64,000 bases of DNA from Phoronis australis (Eukaryota > Animalia > Phoronida): positions 55,911 through 119,910 of the forward strand of contig NMRA01000841.1 of NCBI GenBank assembly GCA_002633005.1. The letters are read 5' to 3'. Under the pieces are notes generated by a model. That model had not been told where the DNA came from, did not search any database, and worked only from the letters and a program-made list of their open reading frames with translations. The translations under genes were made by a program, and so were the position numbers. Each line of letters begins with the position of its first letter. Positions within the stretch are counted from its first letter, which is position 1. Shown piece by piece: positions 62,045 through 64,000 of this stretch.

Positions 62045-63189
62045 TTTTTATGCGCCCACATATTTATATGTGGACGCATTATGCCGTCATCTCCGTCCGT
62101 CCGGGCGGCATCCGTCCGTCCGTCCGCTGCTCTATCTCCAAAACCCTTTGACATACGTTCATGAAATTTGGCACATATGTTCCATTCATGAATGGGACGG
62201 CATGTGCGAACTTTCAGACGGATCCGACTACCAGTGTGCCCCCTAGTGGCAATTTTAGTTTTTACGCTTACCTTTGTATCTTCAAAAGTCCTGAATGGAT
62301 TTTCATGAAATTTGGTATGTAGGCACCTATTAGTGGGATGACGCTATCCTCCTGTTTTCAGATGGATTCGACATAGTTTGCGCCACCTAGTGGCCATTTT
62401 TAGTGTTTTCGAGTCTGTGTTTTTGCGTCCACCCCTCTATCAACCAAACCGCTCAAAGTATGATTGTGAAAATTGGCGTGTATTTGCTTACTATAAGGAA
62501 GACAGCTGAGAATGATTTTCAGACGATTTGGACTACCGTGGCGCCTCCTAGTGGCAGTTTTTTTTTGCGCCTATGGCTGTATCTCCTAAACCGTTCGCAG
62601 GATCTTTACTAAATTTAATAAGTGTATTTATATTATGTTAACAACAGACGATGACGAATATTGGATGGATCCGCATACCAGTGTGCCCCCTAGTGGCAAT
62701 TTTATTTTTTTACGTTTACATCCGTATCTTCACAAGTCCTTAACGGATTTTCATGAAATTTGGTATGTAGGCACCTATTAGTGCGATGACGCTATCCTCC
62801 CGTTTTTGGATGGATTCGACCTAGTTTGCGACACCCAGTGGCCATTTTTACTCTTTTTTAGTCTGTTTTTTTTGCGTCCACCCCTCTATCAACCAAACCG
62901 CTATAAGTATGATTGTGAAAATTGGCATGTATGTTCTTACTATGAAGAGGACGGTTGACGCTGAATTTCCCATGACTTTGATTACTGTGGCGCCTCCTAG
63001 TGGTAGTTTTTTTGCGCCCATGGCTGTATCTCCCAAACCGTTTGCAAGATCTTTACTAAATTTAGCAAGTGTATTTATGTGATGTTGACAACGGACGATG
63101 ACGACTTTAGGATGATTCTGACTAACGGTATGCCTCTAGTGGCAATTTTAGTATTTTACATTGACCTCTGTATTTTCATAGGTCTTCAG
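62045..63189 (+). mobile_element. Helentron/HINE-like element with (GTCC)n tract and higher-order tandem array
   Basis: TTTTTATGCGCCCACATAT start, (CCGT)n at 62092-62126, then a block of about 460 bp repeated (62230-62680 vs 62680-63150), itself made of related subunits. Confidence 0.7.
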
Positions 63190-63691
63190 CAGGGCTTGGA
63201 ATTTTCCGAAGAAACGCGGATTTCCGCTTTTTTCAAATGTGCTTTCCGCTTTTTTTATAATATTTCCGCGTAAAAAAATCCGATTTGATATAAAATTTGC
63301 ACAGCAAATTCCTTTCTTACCGCGGCGTTGCAGACGACGTTCACCTCGAAAAGCGGAAGTTGCTCTTTATGTTTCGGAGGAACGTAAATTGTCAACATTG
63401 CCGAGGCATCTGGGACAGCGTGGTGGGATTTTCAATGGCGTCTCGTGTTATTGTTAAGCGCGGCGACAAATACTACCGCTCTGCAGCCATAAATGTGTAG
63501 GTTTGGGTGTGGACGGCCGAGCTAAAAGGACGCAGACGCATGCTACTGATGGTGGTAACCTTTTTTTTTTGTTAGTCCTCCAGATTTTTGTCGGGGAAAG
63601 GTTCACATTGACCATTTCAAGACGGGTTATCGGGCATGATTTGGGCTGTAAAAGTTTCCGCGTTTTTTGTCATTGGTCATTCCAAGCCCTG
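63190..63691. mobile_element. hAT-like MITE with 6-bp TSD
   Basis: TIR CAGGGCTTGGAAT / ATTCCAAGCCCTG. CTTCAG at 63184-63189 and 63692-63697. Confidence 0.85.
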
Positions 63692-64000
63692 CTTCAGGTG
63701 TATACTTTGTGTTACTTCGTGACTATGAAGGAAAAGTTCCAAGTTGAAATTTGTTTCTGGCATTCTAATGCTGTGCTAATCTCGTATGTTGGTAAATTTG
63801 TTTTTAAATTCTATGTTTCTGTGGTGCTTTAAGCAACTGGTGTATAGGATGTGCTTGTATTATGAAGATTACTCACATTTTGCCCCTAGCCTATTGAGGA
63901 GACAATGACCATGCCTTTCCATTTTGCAAAGTACAACATACTACATATATGCCCTCTACTGGCCACTTTATGGTACCAATAAACAACCCTAGAAGGATAC

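Overview
Eukaryotic (animal, probably spiralian/mollusc-like) genomic DNA, AT-rich, with an assembly gap at 1730-1896. Three intron-rich genes can be reconstructed by hand with GT-AG junctions and consistent phases: TRIM37 (+, 5004-28008), a PPM1E/PPM1F-type PP2C phosphatase (-, 46923-32793, tail-to-tail with TRIM37) and RAD51C (+, 54833-59284). The same three genes are neighbours on human 17q22. Most unusual is a 234-aa uninterrupted antisense ORF nested in a TRIM37 intron (21971-22675). It resembles the PADRE domain of spiralian TALE/SPILE homeobox proteins but has no homeodomain, and it lies downstream of three octamer + inverted-CCAAT modules. The PPM1E-RAD51C spacer holds a dense stack of DNA transposons: a 553-bp foldback, three back-to-back TTAA-flanked Kolobok-type derivatives (THAP and KolX/P2X7-ballast-like remnants) and a hAT-like insertion. 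Helentron/HINE-like satellite-bearing elements, MITEs, minisatellites and a disrupted TE-like pseudogene fill the rest. All family assignments come from recalled motifs, not database searches.
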